The notes beneath the pieces are model-generated. The model searched no databases, was not told where the DNA came from, and worked only from the letters and a program-made list of their open reading frames with translations. Shown here piece by piece: positions 26,617 to 34,861 of a DNA stretch of 64,000 bases (positions are counted from its first letter, which is position 1; each line of letters starts with the position of its first letter). The DNA comes from a virus. Lineage: Duplodnaviria; Caudoviricetes. The position numbers were made by a program, and so were the translations under genes. The stretch lies in IMG/VR virus record IMGVR_UViG_3300049740_002155. One strand, 5' to 3'.

Positions 26617-28788
26617 ATGGCTACACTACAACACAGATCAGCATTTAATTTAAGAGGAAGTCTTCCATTGGGAGGAAGTGCAGTTCAGTCAACAGACTCT
26701 GGATGTGACGCAGAAGTTTTGGAAAACATACACGAACAAGTTCGTAAGGCTGCAAACGACTACACATGGGAAGCAAATCGCATAGCAATAAAAGCAAAAC
26801 TAAAATATACCTGCCCAAAAGTAGGAGATGCTGTAAGATGGGACCCGTCTATAAACGGATATAACTTATCATATGCTATGTTTGACACAAACAATCCGTT
26901 TGACCAAGAACATCTAGTTGAAGTGGTTGGTGTTGTTGAATCAGTCACAACAGACTGTACAGGTGACGGAGTTGACTTTACCGATGATGAAACAGAAACA
27001 AATGCGGTAATTGTATTAAGTGGTCAGATTTCGTTTGACTCTCTTCCAAATGAGTCGGCATTAAGTCCGGGTGTAGTTTATTATTTATGGGATAAAGGAA
27101 ATCCTCAAAATCTTGCACTTGGAAACAATGTGGTCAATGACACAAACGAACCGGTAATAAGTAAACCTTTATTTTTATCAACGGGAACTCACTCTGCGGT
27201 TGTTCTAACATATAGACCTCTCACAGGTTCACCAACTGGTGGAAAACCCCGTTCCGAGACATATGACATTGAAGTTAAGAACATTCCAAGTGGTTGGAGA
27301 GTTCGTGTAAAAAATACATCAGTTGTTTCGTCAAAGCACCCACTTGTAGTACAATTGGATTATGATAGAGCAATCGGTCCACGTGATAATCTTAACGGAA
27401 ACGAAGTTTACTCTATGTTTAAGCACATTGGAATCTTACATGATCAAGTTGTAGCAAGTACAACGGTTGATGAAAATGGCATGACAACATTATTAAACGA
27501 AATCACATTTGATGTAGATATTAATTCGGAGTTTGGTATAAGTGGTGGAATTGCAGGTAATGCAGAAAATGGAGTAAACGGAGTTGGTCGTTTAACGGTT
27601 TCTTTGAAATCTAACACAACAGGATCAATGAGCACAAGTGCGTTGGCATCACTCATATCAATGCAGACTACACCGAGATATATTCGCAAACCATCTGTTA
27701 AAATTTCAACAAAGTGTAACGATACAAATGCACTCGGCAACATCACAACAAACGATCCAGACATCCGTGACTTAAAAGTCACACCTGACGGAACAACTCA
27801 AAATGATATTCAAGAGGGAATTGTTTATGAAATTGAACTTCTTGAGGCAGGTGGGAATTGGGTATACAACGGTGATGAAAATGCAAAGAATTATATTGAA
27901 ATGTCAGAACCACTTCACTTTGAAATTAGTAGTTCTGCACTAGAAAAACCGATTAGAAGTTCAATTGAACTGCACCATCCAGATAAAACAAACGGAAACG
28001 GTGCGGCGGTAGAAATAATACCAGTTAATGATTCTGGAAAGGGAGTAACCAAAAGTAAAGTTTTCCTCAAGTTTATAAATGCAGACGGAACGGACTTACA
28101 CAAAAACCATTGGGCATATTCACTCGGAGTTGCGGGTCGTTCGTGTGACGATAAGATATGTTGCGATACTACCACACATATGAATATTGATGTAGAACGC
28201 ATTGGTCTTACCAATCCAGATGCTCCATTGAGTGACCTACTTGAAACCGATGATTCATACATGAACAACGTTGGTGGTGCGAGACTATACACACTCGACC
28301 CTGATAAAATACCTGCACTTACAAACTTTGCATCACCGAACACTCTCATTGCATCTTTCAAGAACACAAGAGAAGGAACGGTATTGTGCTACTCAGCAGA
28401 TATTCAGTCCGGAAGTGAACCAAGGTTTATGGCAATTTACTTTAATGACGCAAAACGCACACCTTCACTTGACAGAACATCAAAGGCATATGACCCAAGA
28501 TATGTTTGCATTGAAATTGGAGGTCAGGAAACATTACAAGACCAAGTGATGACCCTCACATTAAAACGTGATACGGACGATCAAGTATGTGTAGAATTTA
28601 TTTTCGATGGTAGTGCTACTGGAAATCACTATACATTTGAAGAACTTTATGCTGAAGGAAAAATTAAGAGTTGGGGAAGCAAACTTGACAAACACAATTA
28701 TTTTGGAGACACAGCTGTAAACGTTTCCACGGACGGTTCGTTCGGAAACGAGGACACAACCGCTGGTTCGGAGACAGATGAATACTAA
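26617..28788 (+). CDS. virion structural protein, N-domain paralogous to 24523 protein
   Basis: KVGDAVRWD...VEVVGVV...SGQISF...LSPGVVYYL...SKPLFLSTG..SAVVLTYRP. Confidence 0.55.
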   Translation: MATLQHRSAFNLRGSLPLGGSAVQSTDSGCDAEVLENIHEQVRKAANDYTWEANRIAIKAKLKYTCPKVGDAVRWDPSINGYNLSYAMFDTNNPFDQEHLVEVVGVVESVTTDCTGDGVDFTDDETETNAVIVLSGQISFDSLPNESALSPGVVYYLWDKGNPQNLALGNNVVNDTNEPVISKPLFLSTGTHSAVVLTYRPLTGSPTGGKPRSETYDIEVKNIPSGWRVRVKNTSVVSSKHPLVVQLDYDRAIGPRDNLNGNEVYSMFKHIGILHDQVVASTTVDENGMTTLLNEITFDVDINSEFGISGGIAGNAENGVNGVGRLTVSLKSNTTGSMSTSALASLISMQTTPRYIRKPSVKISTKCNDTNALGNITTNDPDIRDLKVTPDGTTQNDIQEGIVYEIELLEAGGNWVYNGDENAKNYIEMSEPLHFEISSSALEKPIRSSIELHHPDKTNGNGAAVEIIPVNDSGKGVTKSKVFLKFINADGTDLHKNHWAYSLGVAGRSCDDKICCDTTTHMNIDVERIGLTNPDAPLSDLLETDDSYMNNVGGARLYTLDPDKIPALTNFASPNTLIASFKNTREGTVLCYSADIQSGSEPRFMAIYFNDAKRTPSLDRTSKAYDPRYVCIEIGGQETLQDQVMTLTLKRDTDDQVCVEFIFDGSATGNHYTFEELYAEGKIKSWGSKLDKHNYFGDTAVNVSTDGSFGNEDTTAGSETDEY

Positions 28789-30154
28789 TGAAGTAACAAT
28801 TGTAGTACCTGTCTATAAACTGGGACCTTTGCGTTTTAATAATTTTTGCTTTTTAATTCGCAAATTAAACGAAGTTGGGTGTTCTGTAGTTGTAGTAGAA
28901 CAAAACTCTGATAAAGCAGGAGCAGTTGAGCAAATATGTCTCGGTTACAACAATGTTAGTCATACAATAGCCTCGGTTGAGGGAAATGAAATCAACAAAT
29001 CAATTTTAATTAACACAGCATTTAAAAGAGTTTACACAGATTTTATGTGGATGGTTGATGGTGATTTCTATACTGACTTTTGTGAGGTTCTGTCCGGTGT
29101 GGACTCAAGTTCAGACTTTGTAGTTCCATTTAGTGATGTGTTGTTTTTAGATAAATCAGAAACAATTGACTTACAAACGCAAAATACAATATCACTTGAT
29201 ACAGAAAAAAAATATAAAACTAACAACCAAGAGGGAAAATTTTCGTTTATAGTAAGAAGTTCTACCTTTTCAAGTTGTGATGGTATGAACGAAAACTTTT
29301 TCGGGTGGGGATTTCAAGATTTAGATTTTGTAGAAAATCGTCTTACCGGTGAGGAAATTAAGTCAAGGGTTATGGTACAGGGGTATCATATGTTCCACCT
29401 CCCACAATCAAAAACAAACATAGATGTTAATAAAAAACTTTATTTAAATTACAAAGAAGTTAGCATTAAAAATGTTGTAAAACAAAAACTTAAAGAGTAT
29501 GTCGGTCATGCAAATTCACTTGACCAAAGAAAGACAGATTTTTACACAAAAAAACTAAAATTAAAACCAGGATCGCAGGCAAGTGAACCTAATAAGAAAA
29601 TAGTAAAAAAAGTAATTACAAAGTGGAAAAAACCAGAGTACGGAATTTTGTATTCTACAAACTCAAAAATATATTATCCTACAAACGATGTAATAACAAT
29701 TAGAGATTCTTCGTTGGTTGAATATAAGAACATAAACGGTCATTTTTCTAAACTAAATGCGAACAGACATTATTTGTATTATTATTTTGAATATATTTGT
29801 CATGTTTATGGAATGTTTAGTTCTGGTGATATTATTTTGTTTGCAAACGATGGATTTTGTAAAACAACCGAGCAGGTGAATAGTTTTTCAAATAAACTAA
29901 AACAAATAAAGCAAGGTGATGTGATAAATACACATAATGAAGAATTTATGTATTTATACAAAGAGCAAAATATAAAAGATGGAAATCTTATTAAAAAATA
30001 TTCACCACAGGGGTGCTTTTTAATAAAGTCTGACCTTATTTTAAAAAAGAAATTTGATTACTACTATAATATCTACACACAACTTGAAAAAGCATCAGCA
30101 GACGATTTGGTGAAAAAGTCCCAAAATCTTTCTAGTTTTTTCCTTGACTATTAA
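28778..30154 (+). CDS. glycosyltransferase (GT2 N-domain with GT7-like C motif)
   Basis: IVVPVY, NKSILIN, WMVDGDF (DxD), GMNENFFGWGFQDLDF. Confidence 0.82.
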   Translation: MNTNEVTIVVPVYKLGPLRFNNFCFLIRKLNEVGCSVVVVEQNSDKAGAVEQICLGYNNVSHTIASVEGNEINKSILINTAFKRVYTDFMWMVDGDFYTDFCEVLSGVDSSSDFVVPFSDVLFLDKSETIDLQTQNTISLDTEKKYKTNNQEGKFSFIVRSSTFSSCDGMNENFFGWGFQDLDFVENRLTGEEIKSRVMVQGYHMFHLPQSKTNIDVNKKLYLNYKEVSIKNVVKQKLKEYVGHANSLDQRKTDFYTKKLKLKPGSQASEPNKKIVKKVITKWKKPEYGILYSTNSKIYYPTNDVITIRDSSLVEYKNINGHFSKLNANRHYLYYYFEYICHVYGMFSSGDIILFANDGFCKTTEQVNSFSNKLKQIKQGDVINTHNEEFMYLYKEQNIKDGNLIKKYSPQGCFLIKSDLILKKKFDYYYNIYTQLEKASADDLVKKSQNLSSFFLDY

Positions 30155-30172
30155 AAAAAGTCTTAGTAATAT
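30144..30172 (+). promoter_or_regulatory. sigma70-type promoter
   Basis: TTGACT-N17-TAATAT, 9 nt before ATG 30182. Confidence 0.6.
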
Positions 30173-30181
30173 AGATTCTGT

Positions 30182-30850
30182 ATGAAAAATTATACCGAAT
30201 CTGAATTAGAAGAAAACTATAAGGCATTTTTAAAGTTTATAGAAGATACCTTTGAAGGTGAACGACAAGAAAAGTTGTTATATATGTACGGAACAGACGA
30301 TGGTTGTCTTGGGTTGCGGGCATTAATTGCACCTGCAAGTGGAACAATACATTACCATAATTGCTATGATGGTGGTTATATTGATCATGTTATGAATGTG
30401 TGTAAAGCAGCCATGGGTCAGAAAGTTCTACTTCAGAGTTTAGGTGCGAGAATTGATTTTACTGATGATGAATTGATGTTTTCTGCTCTTAATCACGATC
30501 TTGGAAAATTAGGATCACTTGACGGTGAACAATATCAACGTAACGATAGTGAGTGGCACGTCAAAAATCAAGGTAAGGTTTATAAAATGAACACAGACTT
30601 ACACTGGATGGGTGTGACAGACAGAAGTTTATTTCTATTACAACACTTTGAAATAAAGTATAATCAAAAAGAGTGTTTAGCAATCAAACTATCAGACGGA
30701 ATGTATGATGATGCTAATATTGACTATCTAAAATCATTTAATCCTGGCAATGGTCTTAAAACAGAACTTCCACGGGTTGTTCACTGGGCAGATCATATGT
30801 CGTGTGTTTTAGAGAAATCACTAACAGACCAAAACTTTAAGTTTGAATAA
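30182..30850 (+). CDS. HD-domain phosphohydrolase (YhaM-like HD domain)
   Basis: HYHNCYDGGYIDHV, ALNHDLGK, VHWADH. Confidence 0.85.
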   Translation: MKNYTESELEENYKAFLKFIEDTFEGERQEKLLYMYGTDDGCLGLRALIAPASGTIHYHNCYDGGYIDHVMNVCKAAMGQKVLLQSLGARIDFTDDELMFSALNHDLGKLGSLDGEQYQRNDSEWHVKNQGKVYKMNTDLHWMGVTDRSLFLLQHFEIKYNQKECLAIKLSDGMYDDANIDYLKSFNPGNGLKTELPRVVHWADHMSCVLEKSLTDQNFKFE

Positions 30851-30856
30851 AAAAAT

Positions 30857-30885
30857 TTGACATTATTATACTTTTTTAGTATATT
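30857..30885 (+). promoter_or_regulatory. sigma70-type promoter of hsp20, overlapping an ATATTTAT motif (30881-30888)
   Basis: TTGACA-N17-TATATT. Confidence 0.75.
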
Positions 30886-30894
30886 TATTTTATA

Positions 30895-30944
30895 GAGTAA
30901 TGCTCAAATGAGGTTACTCGGCGGATGCCCAAATCGGGATTCGT
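30895..30944 (+). promoter_or_regulatory. two-hairpin structured 5' leader of hsp20
   Basis: GAGTAA-tg-CTCA-aa-TGAG-g-TTACTC and GCGGAT-g-CCC-aaatc-GGG-ATTCGT. Confidence 0.5.
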
Positions 30945-30968
30945 AACTATAATAAAAGGAAAAATAAA

Positions 30969-31463
30969 ATGAAAAAGTTCGGATATAAGTCCAACGGAAC
31001 AGGACTTGATAAACACGTTCCAAATTTAAGAGACGAATTTTTAACACCATTCGACTCAATTTTTGACAAAGTAGTCAATCAAGCATTTCCAAACTTCGGA
31101 CAGGAATTCGGAGTAAATTTTTTTGGAAATAGTTCGTACCCACGGGTGAATGTAGCAGACACAAAAAACGATGTAAGAATTGAAGCAGAAATTGCAGGTC
31201 TTTCACGTGATGATGTTTCTGTTGAATACGAAGACGGTCTTCTTATCATTTCGGGTGAAAAGAAAACTGAAATTGAGGATCCAGAAGTAAAGTATGTTTA
31301 CAAGGAACTAAAAAGGTCTTCCTTTAAACGATCATTCAAAGTCGATGACGCAACACTTGAGGTTGATAAAATATCAGCAAAGTTTGACAATGGCATTCTA
31401 AATGTTACTATTCCAAAAAAAGAAGTAATTGAAACAAAAGCAAAGAAGGTTAAAATTCTCTGA
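30969..31463 (+). CDS. hsp20: small heat-shock protein Hsp20/alpha-crystallin
   Basis: YPRVNV, IEAEIAGL, LIISGEK, FKRSF, ISAKFDNGILNVTIPK, C-terminal IxI-like VKIL; SD AAGGA. Confidence 0.95.
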   Translation: MKKFGYKSNGTGLDKHVPNLRDEFLTPFDSIFDKVVNQAFPNFGQEFGVNFFGNSSYPRVNVADTKNDVRIEAEIAGLSRDDVSVEYEDGLLIISGEKKTEIEDPEVKYVYKELKRSSFKRSFKVDDATLEVDKISAKFDNGILNVTIPKKEVIETKAKKVKIL

Positions 31464-31487
31464 AATAGAATAATATAAACTTAACTT

Positions 31488-31520
31488 AAAGAGGGTAAAC
31501 AAAATTTACCCTCTTTTTTT
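31488..31520 (+). terminator. rho-independent terminator after hsp20
   Basis: AAAGAGGGTAAA-CAAAA-TTTACCCTCTTT followed by a T run. Confidence 0.85.
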
Positions 31521-31586
31521 ATAATTATATTATATTTATACATATTAGATTTATGAGTAAAATTAAAGAAGGAGATATGTATTAAT

Positions 31587-32681
31587 ATGAGAGTATTTAC
31601 TGCTATCATAGGAGGACTTGCACTTGCGGTGGCAGGAACAGCTGCTTTCTTTTCGGTGCGTGGTATTGGATTATTATTTGCAGGTGCGGCCATTGCAGCC
31701 ATGGTTATGGCGGGAGTTCTTGAAGCAGGAAAACTTGCAATGACTTCTTTTTTGTATCGTTATTGGGAAAGAATTCCAAGAATGTTAAAATGGTATTGTA
31801 CAATTGCAGTTGTCGTTTTGATCGGAATTACCTCGTTGGGTATTTATGGATTTTTAAGTGATGCTTATGATGACACACGATCAAGAGTGGAAATGCATGA
31901 AAATAACATAGAAACACTTAACAAAGAAATAGTAGTTATCGAAACAGAGATTGAAACACTTAAAAATACAGATGTTACGGTAGAAGATAAAAAAACCGAA
32001 ACAATAGCTGGGTTTCAAAAGATATATGATGATTTTGTAGCAGATGGAAGAAAACGACAAGAAGCACTTGCTAATAGAAACAAAACTGACACAGAAGCAA
32101 GAGGTCTTCGTAGACAACAATTAATGGATCGTCTTGCGGTATTGGATAAATCTAAAAGTGAATTAGAATCAAAAGGTGGTGGGTTATTTAGTAACAACAA
32201 AAAGAAAATAGAAGAATTAAGAGTAGCACAGCAACCTGAAAGAGATTCCATCGCAACATCATTGTCAGCAATAACAGAAGAAGAAACTTCCGCAACAAAA
32301 TCATATAATGATGCTCTTGCAAAGATTGATGATCAGATTTCAAGTGAATACGACAAATTTGTGGAAAAAGTAAATGGTCTTCGTGACACAACAAACGATT
32401 TGGATAATGTGACTATTATAGAAGACAAATACGACAAAATAAAAGAAAACCAAGCAGAGATACTTAAGGAAAAAGAAGGAATTCGTGCAACTGATATTGG
32501 TAGTTTTCGTTTTATTGCAGAATCATTTGGAATGCCAGTAGACCAAGTTGTAAAGTGGTTTATTATTGTAATTGTTTTGGTGTTTGATCCTGTCGCAGTT
32601 GCACTTGTGTTGGCATACAACATTATGGTAGGTGGAAAAATGACTCTCGGAGAAGAGTTACCGAAAAAAAAAATTGGATAG
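31587..32681 (+). CDS. membrane protein (three N-terminal TMs, long coiled coil, C-terminal TM); short in-frame form
   Basis: Hydrophobic N-terminus, heptad-rich middle, [21 protein letters not shown]; ends right after an A10 run (CCG AAA AAA AAA ATT GGA TAG). Confidence 0.85.
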   Translation: MRVFTAIIGGLALAVAGTAAFFSVRGIGLLFAGAAIAAMVMAGVLEAGKLAMTSFLYRYWERIPRMLKWYCTIAVVVLIGITSLGIYGFLSDAYDDTRSRVEMHENNIETLNKEIVVIETEIETLKNTDVTVEDKKTETIAGFQKIYDDFVADGRKRQEALANRNKTDTEARGLRRQQLMDRLAVLDKSKSELESKGGGLFSNNKKKIEELRVAQQPERDSIATSLSAITEEETSATKSYNDALAKIDDQISSEYDKFVEKVNGLRDTTNDLDNVTIIEDKYDKIKENQAEILKEKEGIRATDIGSFRFIAESFGMPVDQVVKWFIIVIVLVFDPVAVALVLAYNIMVGGKMTLGEELPKKKIG

Positions 32682-33328
32682 ATAATTTACCATTTGCCGA
32701 TAAATTTCAAGAAGAAGGTGATTTCATAGAAGAAGTAGTTGAAGATGCTCCAACTCCAACTCCGTCACCTACACCAACTCCAACTGAAACACCAACCCCA
32801 ACCCCAACTCCGTCACCTACACCAACCCCAACTCCGTCACCTATACCAACTCCAACTCCAACCGAAACACCAACCCCAACTCCGTCACCGACTCCAACTC
32901 CAACTCCGTCACCTATACCAACTCCAACTCCAACCGAAACACCAACCCCAACTCCGTCACCGACTCCAACTCCAACTCCGTCACCTACACCGACTCCAAC
33001 TCCAACTGAAACACCAACTCCAACTCCGTCACCTACACCGACTCCAACTCCAACTGAAACACCAACTCCAACTCCGTCACCCACACCGACTCCAAGTCAA
33101 CAATTGGTTCGCAGACCAGCAAACTCGGTTGTTCGTAATGATGATAATGTGATTTCAACACCAATGTACGACACAGAAGAACAAAACAACAAAGGACCTT
33201 ATTATGTACCTTGGAAGAAGACATCAATGGAAGCACATGATAAATATTTTGCAAAAAAAATATATAAAAATAAAAAATATTTACCGGATAGTACACTAGG
33301 AAATGTACCAACAGACGAAGAATCCTAA
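32672..33328 (+). other. start-less -1-frame C-terminal extension of the 31587 membrane protein (acidic + Pro/Thr repeat + basic tail)
   Basis: Frame open from 32588 to TAA 33328, with no ATG/GTG/TTG before 33104; reads [26 protein letters not shown]-(PT/PS)n-SQQLVRRP...DEES. Confidence 0.75.
32750..33094 (+). repeat. coding tandem repeat (CCAACT-type hexamers) encoding about 115 aa of Pro/Thr/Ser/Glu
   Basis: CCAACT/CCGTCA/CCTACA/GAAACA units; 72-bp higher-order duplication starting at 32831 and 32903. Confidence 0.95.
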
Positions 33329-33358
33329 TTTTAGTTTGGGGTTATATTTATTAAACAC

Positions 33359-33388
33359 TTGACTTTTCCTATTATTTTGTATTAAACT
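33359..33388 (+). promoter_or_regulatory. possible sigma70-type promoter upstream of the sigma-factor operon
   Basis: TTGACT-N18-TAAACT. Confidence 0.4.
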
Positions 33389-33393
33389 TAGGT

Positions 33394-33657
33394 ATGTATA
33401 TAAATATTTATTTAATAATTTTGGTAGTGATAGTGTCCACTATATTGTTATATACAATATTCAATCTATATAGAAAAAATTATATATATGAAAATTGGAT
33501 TTTTGAAACAAACGATTCTCTGAAAGATATACTCGATAAATGGCGAGTGATAGACTCTAAACAAATGTTTGAAAAGGATGATGAAGTCGGAGTGGTTTAT
33601 GAAGACATAGACGAACTTATCAAAGAAATAGAAACAAGGACAACCTATAATGGCTAA
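33394..33657 (+). CDS. small membrane-anchored hypothetical protein
   Basis: N-terminal hydrophobic helix; overlaps the sigma gene; exact start uncertain. Confidence 0.7.
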   Translation: MYINIYLIILVVIVSTILLYTIFNLYRKNYIYENWIFETNDSLKDILDKWRVIDSKQMFEKDDEVGVVYEDIDELIKEIETRTTYNG

Positions 33658-34402
33658 TGAGAAAACAGAAAACACCACAAAAAAAGTAGTAAAACGAAGA
33701 AGACGAAAAAAAGGAAAAAGTAATATATACTTCTCACAAGAAACAGAAGATGCAATAGTTGAATATAATGCTTCGGATGATGAAAAAGAAAGAAATGACA
33801 TCTATAACGACAGAATAAGATACGCATTTGAAAAATTAGCCGAAAATATTTTAAATACATTTAAGTTCTCTTACTTTCAATGCAGCCATGAAGAAGTACA
33901 ACAAGAAGTTGTAAGCAACCTTGTAAGTAATATACACAAATACAAACAAGGAAACGGAAAGGCCTTCTCCTATTTTAGTATCATTGCAAAAAACTTTTTG
34001 ATTTTATATAACAACGGGAATTACAAAAAATTTAAAAGACACATGAGTGTTGATGACGATGAGATTGTGTATGAACGAAAAGAACTTACAGTAAATCCTC
34101 GTAATGAAACAAAAAGGAAAGAGGTGAATGAGTTCATTGGTTTAATGATTAATTATTATGACGCAAACCTTGAGAAGATGTTTAAGAAACCACAGGAATT
34201 AAAAATTGCGGCTGCGGTAGTAGAAATATTTAGAAGATGTGACTCAATTGAAAACTTTAATAAGAAAGCCATATATTTGTATATACGGGAGATGACTGAT
34301 TGCAAAACTCAAAATATTACAAAAGTTGTAAACAAAATGAGAGATGTGCAGACAAACATTACTAGATCGTATATAGAAAATGGGTATATTGACACTAACT
34401 AA
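33650..34402 (+). CDS. phage RNA polymerase sigma factor (gp55-like late sigma)
   Basis: IYFSQETEDAIVEYN...AFEKLAENI...EVVSNLV...KAFSYFSIIAKNFL, a sigma region-2-like pattern comparable to gp55-type AFAYFTQI. Confidence 0.7.
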   Translation: MANEKTENTTKKVVKRRRRKKGKSNIYFSQETEDAIVEYNASDDEKERNDIYNDRIRYAFEKLAENILNTFKFSYFQCSHEEVQQEVVSNLVSNIHKYKQGNGKAFSYFSIIAKNFLILYNNGNYKKFKRHMSVDDDEIVYERKELTVNPRNETKRKEVNEFIGLMINYYDANLEKMFKKPQELKIAAAVVEIFRRCDSIENFNKKAIYLYIREMTDCKTQNITKVVNKMRDVQTNITRSYIENGYIDTN

Positions 34403-34440
34403 TTATACAAAAAATATATACATCTATATTTATATTTATT

Positions 34441-34860
34441 ATGGATTCGGATGTAGAAATTTTTAAAGGAAAAACATTTTCATCTCTTGTCAAAGACATT
34501 TATTTTAACTCTAGTCATAAAAAGGAGCAAATAAATCAATTGATAAAAGATTTACGTGAAATGGTAAAGGACATTGGGTCGGCTACGGTTATAGCACCCA
34601 TGATAAAAGATTATATTGATGTTGGGATTAAGAACGATGATCAGTTGGTTAAATTATCTGCGGTGTTACAAAGATTTATAGCAGGTACATCAGCAGGAGA
34701 TATAGACGGTGGTTCGGGTGGAATATTGTCAGATGAGGAAAAAGAACAACTATTGAGTAGTGTTAAAAAAGAAATTGATGAACTTGAAAAAAATAATAAT
34801 TTAGTAGAAAACAAAATAGACAATGCAGAGCAACTAAAGAAAAAAATAGTTGAGTCTTAA
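34441..34860 (+). CDS. conserved hypothetical helical protein
   Basis: IFKGKTFSSLVKDIY...PMIKDYIDVGIKNDDQLVKL; coiled-coil end. Confidence 0.75.
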   Translation: MDSDVEIFKGKTFSSLVKDIYFNSSHKKEQINQLIKDLREMVKDIGSATVIAPMIKDYIDVGIKNDDQLVKLSAVLQRFIAGTSAGDIDGGSGGILSDEEKEQLLSSVKKEIDELEKNNNLVENKIDNAEQLKKKIVES

Positions 34861-34861
34861 A

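Noticed and set aside
30895-30944. CIRCE or ROSE element upstream of hsp20
   Set aside because: No TTAGCACTC-N9-GAGTGCTAA repeat, and the SD is not sequestered opposite a U(U/C)GCU motif; kept only as a generic structured leader
32750-33094. CRISPR array
   Set aside because: Repeats are contiguous hexamer multiples with no unique spacers, and they encode Pro/Thr
32707-33152. ORF-track proteins MGDGVGVG... (-) and [10 protein letters not shown]... (+)
   Set aside because: Shadow frames of the Pro/Thr repeat; the PT frame joins the upstream gene and the downstream tail
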